A stretch of DNA of 64,000 nucleotides, taken from Dehalococcoidia bacterium. GTDB taxonomy: Bacteria > Chloroflexota > Dehalococcoidia > Lucifugimonadales > UBA3495. Both the position numbers and the translations under genes were made by a program. Positions within the stretch are counted from its first letter, which is position 1. Every line of letters starts with the position of its first letter. The stretch spans positions 1,696-65,695 of the forward strand of contig DAOUJD010000033.1 of the NCBI GenBank assembly GCA_034423115.1, read 5' to 3'. Shown piece by piece: positions 8,709 through 17,783 of the stretch. The notes beneath the pieces were generated by a model. The model saw only the letters and a list, made by a program, of their open reading frames with translations. It was not told where the DNA came from and ran no database searches.

Positions 8709-9479
8709 TTACTGCGCCGTGGTGCCGCCGTCGATGACCAGTTCGGAGCCGGTCATAAAGGATGATTCTTCCGATGCCAGGAACACGATGCCGTAGGCGA
8801 TGTCGTCGGCGTTGCCAACCCGCCCGATGGGGATACGCTCGTTGATCCAGGCGAAATGCCGCTCGTTGTCATAGCTGCGGGTGGTCAACGGCGTGTGGCA
8901 GTAGCCGGGGTGGATGGAGTTGACGCGGATATTATCGCCGGCGTATTGCATGGCTGCCGACTTGGTGAGCAGGCGAATAGCGCCCTTGGCGGCGTGGTAC
9001 GCGGTTGAGGTCGGGCTGCCCACGATGCCATAAATCGACGAGATGTTGACGATGGAGCCGCCGCCGGCTTTCAGCATCTCGGGCACGCCGTGCTTGATGC
9101 CCAGGAACGTGCCCTTGGCGTGGACGTCGATCTGGCCGTCCCAGGCGTCTTCGGTGGTTTCCTCGACGGTGTAACGGGCGCCGGTGCCGGCGTTGTTGAC
9201 CAGGACGTTGAGGGTCCCAAAGGACGATACGGTGGCGGTGGCGGCGTCTATCCAGTCCTGCTCGTTGGTTACGTCCAGCTTAACGAATATGGCGTCGCCG
9301 CCGGCGGCCCGGATCTGCTCGGCGGTGCGCTCACCGTTCTCGGTGTTGATGTCGCCCAGGACGACCTTTGCGCCTTCCTGACAGAACATCCTGGCAGCCG
9401 CGCCGCCGAATCCCATCAACTCTCCCTCGACACCGCTGGCCGCTCCGCTGATGAGCGCAACCTTGCCTTCCAACCGCAT
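8709..9479 (-). CDS. SDR family oxidoreductase
   Basis: ISGAASGVEG cofactor motif, NNAG, catalytic Y-x3-K (YHAAKGA). Confidence 0.85.
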   Translation of the reverse strand: MRLEGKVALISGAASGVEGELMGFGGAAARMFCQEGAKVVLGDINTENGERTAEQIRAAGGDAIFVKLDVTNEQDWIDAATATVSSFGTLNVLVNNAGTGARYTVEETTEDAWDGQIDVHAKGTFLGIKHGVPEMLKAGGGSIVNISSIYGIVGSPTSTAYHAAKGAIRLLTKSAAMQYAGDNIRVNSIHPGYCHTPLTTRSYDNERHFAWINERIPIGRVGNADDIAYGIVFLASEESSFMTGSELVIDGGTTAQ

Positions 9480-9539
9480 GGGGAACCTCCTGTCGTCGTG
9501 CCGGATTGGTGCTGTTGGGCCGCATTATAGCAAGCGGGG

Positions 9540-10274
9540 TCAGTTCTCCGTGCGCCGGTCGCGCAACTGTGCTTCCAGTTCATCAATCCGTTGCTGCATC
9601 GCGGCCTGTGCGGCCTCGTGGGCCGCTCGTTCCTGCCGCCAGTTCTCCAGGTACTCGCCAACAACCGAGTCGTAGAAGCGCGGCCAGCCCTCGTCCCAGG
9701 CGAGATACAACCCCATCAGGTCGCTGTAACCCTTGAGGATGCCGTCGGGCTCGGTGGTCAGATCGACCGGGAGGTACACTCCGTCGCGCAGCACGCCGCC
9801 CCACAGGGGCTCTCCGTGGTGCTCGCCACCGCTGGGGTCGAAGCGCCAGTATTCGGAAATGCCGATGTCGGCATACACCCGGGTCTTGGTGACCGTATCC
9901 TCCGAACCGGTGCTCTCGGAGCCCACCTCCAGCGCCAGGTCAGGGGGCTTGCCGGCCTCCCAGGGCAGGTAGAGCTTGCGGCGACGGATGGCAGCCTGGT
10001 CGACCCCAAAGGCCAGGTAGATGTCGGGCTGGCGGCGGACGTTCAGGTTGGACGGGTCATAGCACAGGATCGTGTTGCTGCTGATGAAAACGTCGGGTCG
10101 TTGCCAGAAGTCGGCGAAACGACTGGCCAGGATGTTTAGAATCTCGTTGACAACGGTTTCCTGCTCCATAGCGTCAGGCATGGGCTCCGGTTCGTCCGGG
10201 TTGTAGTCCAGCGCGGCGTAGTCGATTTCGCCCCGCTTGACGTACGGCAACATCCCGGTTCTGGTGACAGTCAT
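9540..10274 (-). CDS. Uma2 family (DUF820) PD-(D/E)xK endonuclease-like protein with C-terminal coiled coil
   Basis: PDLALEVGS...YADIGISEYWRFDP core; ATG 10274 has a GAGG RBS (longer ORF runs to 10292). Confidence 0.7.
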   Translation of the reverse strand: MTVTRTGMLPYVKRGEIDYAALDYNPDEPEPMPDAMEQETVVNEILNILASRFADFWQRPDVFISSNTILCYDPSNLNVRRQPDIYLAFGVDQAAIRRRKLYLPWEAGKPPDLALEVGSESTGSEDTVTKTRVYADIGISEYWRFDPSGGEHHGEPLWGGVLRDGVYLPVDLTTEPDGILKGYSDLMGLYLAWDEGWPRFYDSVVGEYLENWRQERAAHEAAQAAMQQRIDELEAQLRDRRTEN

Positions 10275-10512
10275 AACGTAACCTCGACGCATCCGATCCG
10301 GCGGGGCCAGTCCTAAACAAAAAGTGCAGTTGTGATGGATGTGGTGTTGGAAACACTAAAATAAAGACAGACAGGAGTAGTTTGAAGTCCCACGCATTAT
10401 AGCAGTCAGTTGAGCCAATTCCGGCGGATCCCGTGGGCTTGCGGCGGGGGAGTATAATGCTGCCCTGTGATCCCCCAACACGAGCGTGGGACTCCAGAGG
10501 AGGAATGTCCAG

Positions 10513-11646
10513 ATGCCCGACTACTTCACGGAGGTGGATGTCCTCCGCAACGGCGATTCGGCCGGCAACGGCATGACGCTGCGCCTGACGGACCCCCACG
10601 GCCGAACGATTCACACCGTGGCGGTGCCGCAGGAAGGGCATTCACATACGGGGCCAACCTGGGCATACATTTTCGAGAACGAGGGCCTGACGCTCATCGA
10701 CCCGGGAGCAGAGGCGTCGTTCGATCTGCTGAAGTCGGGCATGGCGCTGGGCGGCCTTGAGGTAGGGGACATCGAGCGGGTGATCATCACCCACGGGCAT
10801 GCCGACCACGACGGCGGCGTGGCGCGCGTCCTAGAAGCCTCCGACGCCGAGCTATGGGCGCACGACATCTACCAGCCGCTCCTGCCCTTTGACCCTCGGG
10901 ATCTGCAATTCATGGCATCGTCGCCGATCCATCAGGCGATGTGGGAGACGGCGAAAGCCAACGGGTTCAGCCATTCAAACTCGGAGGAACGCGAGCGATA
11001 CATGGCGTCGCGAAAGACGCACCAGGTGGGTCATCACATCGCCCACGGAGAGCAGCAGGGCGCGCTCCAGTACATGCACGCGCCGGGCCATTCGCCCGAC
11101 GAGATCTGCGCCGTGATCGACAACGGACCGGGCAGCGGGATGGTGTTCACGGGCGACCACGTGCTGCCGGAGATCAGCCCGCACCCGACGATGAAAACGG
11201 CATTCAACCGTGCCGTGCTGAGCAGTCTGCCGGTCCACTACCAGGACCCGGACGATTCCTTCGGGTTGCTAACGTACCTGAAGTCGCTGCAGCGGGTGGC
11301 AGACCTGGGTACGGAGGTGGCGGTGCTGCCGGCGCACCGGCTGTACAACAACCACAAGTTCAACTTTCAGACCACGCAGCGAGCCGGCGATCTGATCCGG
11401 TTCCACGCGCGGCGGTTGGGTCGCATACTGGTTACGGCGGGGCCGGAGCCGCAGCCGTTGGAGGACGTGACGCGGCAGACGTTCGAGCGGCGCAAGCTGG
11501 AGGGCGGCAACTTCTTCGCCGCGCTCACCGAGGTGGTGGCGCACATCGAGCTGCTGGAAGACTCCGGCGACCTTGAGGTCACCGACGACCACAGGCTGCG
11601 CCGCACCGGCCGCGAAAACTACCAGGACTTGCTGCGGGCGCTGTGA
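10513..11646 (+). CDS. MBL-fold metallo-hydrolase
   Basis: ITHGHADHDGG (HxHxDH); AGGAGG before ATG 10513. Confidence 0.8.
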   Translation: MPDYFTEVDVLRNGDSAGNGMTLRLTDPHGRTIHTVAVPQEGHSHTGPTWAYIFENEGLTLIDPGAEASFDLLKSGMALGGLEVGDIERVIITHGHADHDGGVARVLEASDAELWAHDIYQPLLPFDPRDLQFMASSPIHQAMWETAKANGFSHSNSEERERYMASRKTHQVGHHIAHGEQQGALQYMHAPGHSPDEICAVIDNGPGSGMVFTGDHVLPEISPHPTMKTAFNRAVLSSLPVHYQDPDDSFGLLTYLKSLQRVADLGTEVAVLPAHRLYNNHKFNFQTTQRAGDLIRFHARRLGRILVTAGPEPQPLEDVTRQTFERRKLEGGNFFAALTEVVAHIELLEDSGDLEVTDDHRLRRTGRENYQDLLRAL

Positions 11647-11753
11647 CTGGGGCATTTCCCCTGCCTGCGCCGATGCTCCACGGCCCGCCGGAGTTCAGTC
11701 TAAGCCAAGGCTGACTGCTATACTGGCGCTACCATTCGCTAGGAGCATCAACC

Positions 11754-12170
11754 ATGGCGCAAATGACGCCGATGCAACCGTTTGACGAACTCGGCGAGAC
11801 TATCGAAGATTACCGGCTTCAATCACGTTATTTTTTGGAGCGCAGCCACCAATACCTAGCTGAGGATGACCTGCATCAAGCCTCCGAAAAAGGCTGGGGC
11901 GCAGCGGCATGGATGGCAAAAGCAACGGCCACCGCCAAAGGCTGGCAGTATGATCGGCATGAGCACTTTACAGAGGTCCTATACCAGGCCCGCCAGCTAA
12001 CTGGCGACAATCGGCTAACCGCGCTGCGTCGGACGGCCAACGAACTACATGGTAATTTCTACCAGCGCAAGAGGTTTTTGCACGCTGATGACATTGCCGG
12101 ATCGCTAGATGAGGTCGCCACACTGCTCGACATTCTGGAGCCGTTAACGGAACGCCAATCCACGGCATAA
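11754..12170 (+). CDS. PaREP1-like (HEPN-superfamily-like) small protein, paralog 1
   Basis: LAEDDLHQASEKGWGAAAWMAKATATAKGW matches the PaREP1 signature as I recall it; paralogs at 31728 and 34980. Confidence 0.5.
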   Translation: MAQMTPMQPFDELGETIEDYRLQSRYFLERSHQYLAEDDLHQASEKGWGAAAWMAKATATAKGWQYDRHEHFTEVLYQARQLTGDNRLTALRRTANELHGNFYQRKRFLHADDIAGSLDEVATLLDILEPLTERQSTA

Positions 12171-12180
12171 AGAACGCAGT

Positions 12181-12507
12181 ATGAAAATCATAGCCAACGA
12201 CGTCGCCAGTGGCTGGGTTGTCCCTTGCATCATTATCGAAGTCAAACCTCGCGAGGTGCGGGACTCATATGATGGTGGAATCCTAACAGACGACGACCTC
12301 CGTCAGTTGCAGGGTTATGTAGATGCTGACTCGCGTATGGAAGAAGGGTTGGCTGGGCTGACCAACGGAACCCGGTGGCACATCCACCAGTTACAGGATG
12401 GGGATCCGTTGAAAAATTTCGACCCTATTCATGTCGATATTTTGCACGATGACCCGGGATACGCTGCCGATGTGCTTGACGTGTACATGGGGCGACAAAA
12501 TTGGTGA
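12181..12507 (+). CDS. hypothetical; resembles the C-terminal half of an HsdR_N-type PD-(D/E)xK domain
   Basis: IIIEVK ... LRQLQGYV ... GLTNGTRW; starts 10 nt after the preceding stop. Confidence 0.45.
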   Translation: MKIIANDVASGWVVPCIIIEVKPREVRDSYDGGILTDDDLRQLQGYVDADSRMEEGLAGLTNGTRWHIHQLQDGDPLKNFDPIHVDILHDDPGYAADVLDVYMGRQNW

Positions 12508-12557
12508 GGATCGGCGTGATTGTCAATATGATGCGGGGCCTGACGCGGAACCTGAAA

Positions 12558-12935
12558 ATGTCCTATGACCCCGACAACGATATTTTGTGGTTGCGCGATG
12601 GCAGTCCAAGCGACGGCAGCAGCCTTTTGGAAGAGGCGCCTTTTGCCACGATGGAGATGCGCGACGAGGAGAGCCGGGAAGCGGTCGGCGTGGAAATATC
12701 GGGCTTCAGTACCTACTTCCCGTTGCGTCGGTCTGACTACTACGAACCAACAGACACCCTCACTTTCGGAACTGGGCGCGAAACCGCTACGTTGATCGCC
12801 GAAAACAGCGACTTGGTGGCATACTGGCGGCCCGATGAATTCGCGCCCCACGATCTGGAGCCTTTTGCAGTTGACTTGCGGAATGCATCCAAGCATTTGG
12901 CGCCTTTGGTTGCGGCTTTTCCACACAAGAAATAA
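12558..12935 (+). CDS. DUF2283-like protein with C-terminal extension
   Basis: MSYDPDNDILWLRDG ... AVGVEISGFS resembles the DUF2283 pattern; start uncertain (ORF open from 12501). Confidence 0.5.
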   Translation: MSYDPDNDILWLRDGSPSDGSSLLEEAPFATMEMRDEESREAVGVEISGFSTYFPLRRSDYYEPTDTLTFGTGRETATLIAENSDLVAYWRPDEFAPHDLEPFAVDLRNASKHLAPLVAAFPHKK

Positions 12936-12986
12936 CGATCTGTTCAAACGCGCCGGGACTTTACGCGGCGTCAACACCAGGAGGTA

Positions 12987-13775
12987 ATGTCCATGTCTCT
13001 GGACGGAAAGGTAGCGTTGGTAACCGGCGCGGGCCGCGGCATGGGTCGGGCCACTGCGCTGGCGCTGGCGAATGATGGGGCGAACGTCGCGGTCACGGAC
13101 ATCATGGCCGACAACGTGGAGGAAACGGCTACGGATGTGCGGGCCACTGGTCGCCAGAGCGTGGCGATCACAGCGGACATCGGCGACGGCGACGACATCG
13201 ACCGGGTGATCGCCGAAGCGGTGAGCTCGCTGGGGCGTGTCGATATCCTGGTGAACAACGCCGGCGTCACGCGCTACCTGGACATCATGGACATCACCGA
13301 GGCTGACTGGGACCGCATTCACCGGGTGAACGCGCGGGGCGCATTCTTCGTGATGCAGCGGACCGCGCGGCAGATGATCGACCAGGGCAGCGGCGGGCGC
13401 ATCGTCAACATCGCGTCCATCGCCGGCAAGGGCTACCGGGGCACGTCCAACGCGGCCTACGCAGCCAGCAAGGGCGCGGTGATTTCTATGACGCTGATCG
13501 CGGCGCACCAGCTGGCGCGTTACGACATCAACGTGAACGCCATCTGCCCGGGCTCAACCATCACCGCGATGTCCACGAGCACGATGGAGCAGCGGGCCGC
13601 GGATGCCGGCATCTCGGTTGACGAGTTGCAGGCGCAGCGGGCGTCCAACATACCCATCGGGCGGGCCAACGAGCCGGAGGACATAGCGGCGATGGCGGCG
13701 TTCCTGGCCAGCCCCGGCGCGCGGAACATCACGGGTCAGACGATCAACGTGGACGGCGGGCTGGTGATGCACTGA
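12987..13775 (+). CDS. SDR family oxidoreductase (FabG-like)
   Basis: VTGAGRGMG, NNAG, YAASKGA; AGGAGG RBS. Confidence 0.85.
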   Translation: MSMSLDGKVALVTGAGRGMGRATALALANDGANVAVTDIMADNVEETATDVRATGRQSVAITADIGDGDDIDRVIAEAVSSLGRVDILVNNAGVTRYLDIMDITEADWDRIHRVNARGAFFVMQRTARQMIDQGSGGRIVNIASIAGKGYRGTSNAAYAASKGAVISMTLIAAHQLARYDINVNAICPGSTITAMSTSTMEQRAADAGISVDELQAQRASNIPIGRANEPEDIAAMAAFLASPGARNITGQTINVDGGLVMH

Positions 13776-13881
13776 GCAAATTAAGGTGGCTAAATTGCCG
13801 ACGGTACCACGTTTCGATATGATTGCATTTGAACACCGAGAAGGTAAAGTTTGGTAATCGCGGCATGTGAGGATATGCGTC

Positions 13882-14157
13882 ATGGACAGGCGTATCGCAG
13901 AGACCACACCAGATGCGGCGAGTAGCCGGGAGTCTGCTCCTGCTAAATGGTGGCGAGATAAGGTGAACATCGCCCTTATAGCAATCGCGGCCATAGCCGC
14001 TATTGGAATCGTAGTTGCTTGCGTCGGCGCGTTTGCCCTTGGCTCATCAACAACGGTCTGGGTAGGCGGCGGTATAGTGAGCATATCGGCGCTTGCTTGG
14101 GCAGCGTGGGCAATCGCGTTCATTGCGTTAGTAACTATTCGGAAGACGAAAAGATAA
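13882..14157 (+). CDS. hypothetical small membrane protein
   Basis: Two hydrophobic helices; GAGGA RBS before ATG 13882; AT-richer spacer; 3' end overlaps the convergent ORF by 23 nt. Confidence 0.4.
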   Translation: MDRRIAETTPDAASSRESAPAKWWRDKVNIALIAIAAIAAIGIVVACVGAFALGSSTTVWVGGGIVSISALAWAAWAIAFIALVTIRKTKR

Positions 14158-14398
14158 CCCCGCGCAGGATTACGCATACACCAGCCAGTATGATCACCCC
14201 CAATCCGGCCACGCTCATCGCGAGAGCCGCCGCCGCTAAACCCGCGCCGCCAGTCAACTTGAACACCAAGCCTGCCGCCAGGAAGATGGCAACGAAAAGG
14301 CAGCCAATAGCCAAAAATAGCCTGTAGCGCAGCGGCAAACTCAAAGCTAGGGATGCGAGGGCGGCCCATAATCCTTTGTCCGGCGACTTCATTACCAT
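14135..14398 (-). CDS. hypothetical small membrane protein
   Basis: Hydrophobic throughout (LFLAIGCLFVAIFLAAGLVF, VAGLGVIILAGVCVIL); start uncertain (14398 or 14455). Confidence 0.4.
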   Translation of the reverse strand: MVMKSPDKGLWAALASLALSLPLRYRLFLAIGCLFVAIFLAAGLVFKLTGGAGLAAAALAMSVAGLGVIILAGVCVILRGVIFSSSE

Positions 14399-14586
14399 AC
14401 CCTGATCATGGGACAAAACTCTCGATGCCGTAGCGTCCCCGGAATGATATAGCATCGTGATTTTGTCTGCCCTGTCCGCTTGCGCCGCCCTAACTGCGTG
14501 TATATGATGGCGGCGGAACTCAATTCGCTGTCGCCACGATGGTTCGGAGATACGGCTATCTCGGTGGTGAAAGGAGCAAGTCAGGT

Positions 14587-16137
14587 ATGAAATACGACTA
14601 TATCGTGATTGGAGCCGGGTCGGCGGGATCGATTATCGCCAGCCGGTTGACCGAGGACCACAGCAAGCACGTGCTGCTGATCGAGGCGGGGCCGGACTAT
14701 CCGGAGTTCGAACACCTGCCGGAAGAGGTCAAGTTCGGCTATAACACCGAAATTGACATCATGGTCAGCGACCATAACTGGCAGTTCGTCGGGAAGGGCA
14801 CGGACACCTCCCCTGAAATCATGGTGCCGCGCGGCAAGGTCACCGGCGGGTCCAGCGCCATCAACGGACAGGTGTTCCTGCGGGGCGTGCCAGAGGACTA
14901 CGACGGCTGGGCGGCCGAGGGCAACGACGAGTGGGGATACACCAAGCTGCTGCCCATCTTCCGCCGCATCGAGACCGATACCGACTACGGCAACGACGAC
15001 TTCCACGGCGGCGACGGCCCCATCGTAATGCACCGTTTCGCTCGCGAGTCGTGGCTGCCGGCGCAGAACGCCTTCAGCGCCGCGTGCGTGGCCGCCGGCT
15101 TCCCCGAAACCTGGGACCACAACCATCCCGATTCCTACGGCGTTGGCCCGACCCCATTCAACAACCCCAACGGCATCCGTATGAGCACGAACCTCGGCTA
15201 CCTGTCGGAGTCGAGACACCGATTGAACCTGACCATCAAGGCCAACTGCCACGTGCATCGGATTATTTTCGACGGGAACCAGGCCACGGGCGTGCAGTTG
15301 GAGTCGGGCGGCGAGGTCTTCACCGCCGAGGGCGAGGAGATCATCCTGAGCAGCGGCGCCATCGGATCGCCGCACATCCTGATGCTGTCAGGGATCGGGC
15401 CGGCCGACCACCTGCGTGAAATGGGGATTCCGGTGATCCAGGATGCTCCGGGCGTGGGCCAGAACCTGCGCGACCATCCCACCGTGTGGTGCACCTGGCG
15501 CACCAAGCCGGAGGTTGAGCTGGACGGCCTGGCGCCGCGCTCCCAGCTATGCCTGCGCTACACCGCCGACGGTTCAGACCTCCGCAACGATATGAAGATC
15601 AGCATGCAGTCCTTCGCCACCGAGCGCATCAACCGGGGCGGAGACCGCATGGTTCCGCTGGGCATTCGCATGAGCACCGGCATACAGCTGGCTGCCGGCG
15701 CGGGGCACATGCGCTTGCAGTCCACCGACCCTTACCAGCAGCCTTTCCTGGACTACAACTACCTCAAGGAGGAGTCGGACCGGGTGCGGCTGCGGGATTC
15801 GGTGCGCCTGTGCATGCAGTTGGCGGATCACCCCGATTTCCAGAACCTGATCCAGGAGTGCATCGAGCCGCCGGCGGATGCCTTGGAGAGCGACGAAGCG
15901 CTGGACGCCTGGGTGGCTCGCGAAGTGACCACGTCCCAGCACATTTCGGGCACCTGCAAGATGGGGCCGGACAGCGACCCCATGGCGGTGGTGGACCAGT
16001 TCGGACACGTGAAGGGCGTTACCAACCTGCGCGTGGCCGACGCCAGCGTGATGCCCGACTGCATCCGGGCCAACACCAACGTCACCTCGATGACCATCGG
16101 CGAACGCGTCGCCGAGTTCATCAAGGAAGGGCGGTAA
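14587..16137 (+). CDS. GMC family oxidoreductase (choline dehydrogenase-like)
   Basis: DYIVIGAGSAGS FAD motif, GGSSAINGQVFLRG, C-terminal HISGTCKMG. Confidence 0.9.
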   Translation: MKYDYIVIGAGSAGSIIASRLTEDHSKHVLLIEAGPDYPEFEHLPEEVKFGYNTEIDIMVSDHNWQFVGKGTDTSPEIMVPRGKVTGGSSAINGQVFLRGVPEDYDGWAAEGNDEWGYTKLLPIFRRIETDTDYGNDDFHGGDGPIVMHRFARESWLPAQNAFSAACVAAGFPETWDHNHPDSYGVGPTPFNNPNGIRMSTNLGYLSESRHRLNLTIKANCHVHRIIFDGNQATGVQLESGGEVFTAEGEEIILSSGAIGSPHILMLSGIGPADHLREMGIPVIQDAPGVGQNLRDHPTVWCTWRTKPEVELDGLAPRSQLCLRYTADGSDLRNDMKISMQSFATERINRGGDRMVPLGIRMSTGIQLAAGAGHMRLQSTDPYQQPFLDYNYLKEESDRVRLRDSVRLCMQLADHPDFQNLIQECIEPPADALESDEALDAWVAREVTTSQHISGTCKMGPDSDPMAVVDQFGHVKGVTNLRVADASVMPDCIRANTNVTSMTIGERVAEFIKEGR

Positions 16138-16157
16138 AAACCGCCAATCGGGGATCT

Positions 16158-16185
16158 GTAGGGGCGAATAATCATTCGCCCCTAC
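16158..16185. terminator. REP-C type hairpin after the GMC gene (terminator-like, no U-tract)
   Basis: GTAGGGGCGAAT aatc ATTCGCCCCTAC, 12-bp perfect stem; family recurs at 40390 and 58661. Confidence 0.5.
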
Positions 16186-16202
16186 TCATAGGTAGGTATT
16201 TC

Positions 16203-16517
16203 ATGCCTCCCGCACGCAAATGGGAACGTATAGAAGACCTGGCGGTCCTGCACCTGTACCGGGGCAAGGTGGCGAAGGACAGCCGCGAGGTGGCGGCGCT
16301 GGCCGCGGCATTGGAACGAAGCAGGCAATCCATCGGCGCACGGATACAGGCGTTCGCGGGGCTGGATCCGGCCAACCCATATAAGCCATCGAGCAAGGCC
16401 ACCGCGCTCACGCAATCGGTTTGGGCCGAATACCTGGCGGATAGGACGGCGATAGCGGTGGAGGGTCAGCGGGCGTACCTGGGGATACTGAACCGCTATT
16501 CCATGGGGAGGCCGTGA
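16203..16517 (+). CDS. hypothetical protein (104 aa)
   Basis: ATG at 16203 in the frame of track ORF 15549..16517. The pattern W-x-x-x-E-D-L ... RSRQSIGARIQAF..LDP ... SVW resembles N-terminal regions attached to some HNH endonucleases (weak recollection). Confidence 0.45.
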   Translation: MPPARKWERIEDLAVLHLYRGKVAKDSREVAALAAALERSRQSIGARIQAFAGLDPANPYKPSSKATALTQSVWAEYLADRTAIAVEGQRAYLGILNRYSMGRP

Positions 16518-16600
16518 TCGTCAGACGATCAGGGCGCTTAATGCTTTGGATCCTTATCTTATTTATTTACCATTTAAGGATTTATGAAATGCTATAATAA

Positions 16601-16629
16601 TTCCATTTGCCGAGCAAGCATGGTACAAT
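16601..16629 (+). promoter_or_regulatory. extended -10 promoter candidate
   Basis: TTCCAT-N17-TACAAT with TG at 16621-16622 (TGGTACAAT); followed by AAGGAGG and ATG 16652. Confidence 0.45.
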
Positions 16630-16651
16630 GAGCGTCCCAAGGAGGCTCCTT

Positions 16652-16822
16652 ATGGCTAGTTTAACCGGAGACCCCAAAATTGACGCTCTACTGATCAAGC
16701 ACGCAGACGAAATTCGGCGTTTGGAGGCGTTCGGCCAGGAGAAGGCCGAGGAAATTGATCGTCTGATCGCTAAATTCCACGAGAGCCGAGCGAAGCGAAT
16801 GGGAACTGTTGCCGCGAAATAG
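16652..16822 (+). CDS. hypothetical small helical protein (56 aa)
   Basis: AAGGAGG 7 nt upstream of the ATG; AT-rich islet. Confidence 0.5.
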   Translation: MASLTGDPKIDALLIKHADEIRRLEAFGQEKAEEIDRLIAKFHESRAKRMGTVAAK

Positions 16823-16846
16823 GCCATCCCGTATTAACCGGCCCGT

Positions 16847-17167
16847 ATGAACCAGGAACGGGATTGGCAAGCCGAACGAGCCCTGTTGGTGGAGATCCAC
16901 AAGGATGTCGTGGCCATCCTAAGGCGGCGCGCTATCCGGTTGTTTGAAATCCTCGAACGATCCGACTACATCGCCGTATTGAATACCATTGTTCTGAACG
17001 TAATGCAGCGAGGCGATTATCATCGCGCACTGAATAATCTCCGAGATTTCATTCTGGAAACCCCTGCGTTGGACAGGATGTTGCCGGAACTAATGGATAA
17101 TGCAGAACCAGGTTTGACCTTTCTGAGCGCACACGCTGAGCAGTATCGACTATCAGAGATCCTGTAG
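16847..17167 (+). CDS. hypothetical protein (106 aa)
   Basis: Only long ORF in the AT-rich islet; no recognisable motif; weak RBS. Confidence 0.45.
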   Translation: MNQERDWQAERALLVEIHKDVVAILRRRAIRLFEILERSDYIAVLNTIVLNVMQRGDYHRALNNLRDFILETPALDRMLPELMDNAEPGLTFLSAHAEQYRLSEIL

Positions 17168-17224
17168 CGCGCTTGCAGCACGTCGGCCATGGGAACCCCG
17201 GCTATGTGGGAACCAAACAATTTA

Positions 17225-17250
17225 AGGGGCGGGTTTTGAAACCCGCCCCT
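17225..17250. terminator. GC hairpin between convergent genes (REP-C related)
   Basis: AGGGGCGGGTTTTGAAACCCGCCCCT. Confidence 0.5.
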
Positions 17251-17275
17251 GCGCACGTCTGCGATGACCCCAAGT

Positions 17276-17671
17276 CTAGACGAGGACGCCGAAGCCGGAC
17301 TTGGTGCAGATTTCCAGGCGGTTGTGGTCGGGGTCGTGGAAGTAGAAGGCCTGCTGGCCGTCGTGGCGGGTCTGGATGTCGGTGCACTCGACGCCGATGT
17401 TCTGCAGTTCGTCGCGGGCCGCCGATATGTCGTCCACCTCGAACGCGGTGTGATGCGATGGCGCGGATGGGGCGTCGGGATTCTCGATGATGTGGACCAT
17501 TGCGCCGCTGGGTAGCTGGAGCCAGTAGAGGTTGTCGTTGTCCACCATCTTCGGAATCTGCTTGACGCCCAGGACTTCCTCGTACCACTTGAGGGCGATG
17601 TCCTTGTCGCGGACGTTGTAGGTGATGTGGTTGATTGCCTTGAGGCGGATGTTGTCAGCCATGAGTCCCAT
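17276..17671 (-). CDS. VOC family (glyoxalase/dioxygenase-fold) protein
   Basis: INHITYNVRD ... HHTAFEVDD ... FYFHDPDHNRLE; GGAGG RBS before ATG 17671. Confidence 0.8.
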   Translation of the reverse strand: MGLMADNIRLKAINHITYNVRDKDIALKWYEEVLGVKQIPKMVDNDNLYWLQLPSGAMVHIIENPDAPSAPSHHTAFEVDDISAARDELQNIGVECTDIQTRHDGQQAFYFHDPDHNRLEICTKSGFGVLV

Positions 17672-17722
17672 GTTCAGTTTTCCTCCGGTTGTGAGTGGGT
17701 AATCGCTGCCTGATTGTAACGG

Positions 17723-17775
17723 GTACAGTTCACCCTCACCCTGAACCTCTCCCATAGGGGGAAAGGGAACTGTAC
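17723..17775. repeat. structured palindromic element between same-strand genes
   Basis: GTACAGTTC (17723-17731) pairs with GAACTGTAC (17767-17775); interior CACCCTCACCCTGAACCTCTCCC / GGGGGAAAGGG. Confidence 0.4.
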
Positions 17776-17783
17776 GAGGCGGA

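Noticed and set aside
12429-13508. 359-aa ORF on the minus strand
   Set aside because: It is antisense to the well-supported SDR gene 12987..13775 and to the DUF2283-like gene. The translation is Arg/His/Pro/Val-rich low complexity, typical of GC-rich antisense frames, with no motif and no RBS.
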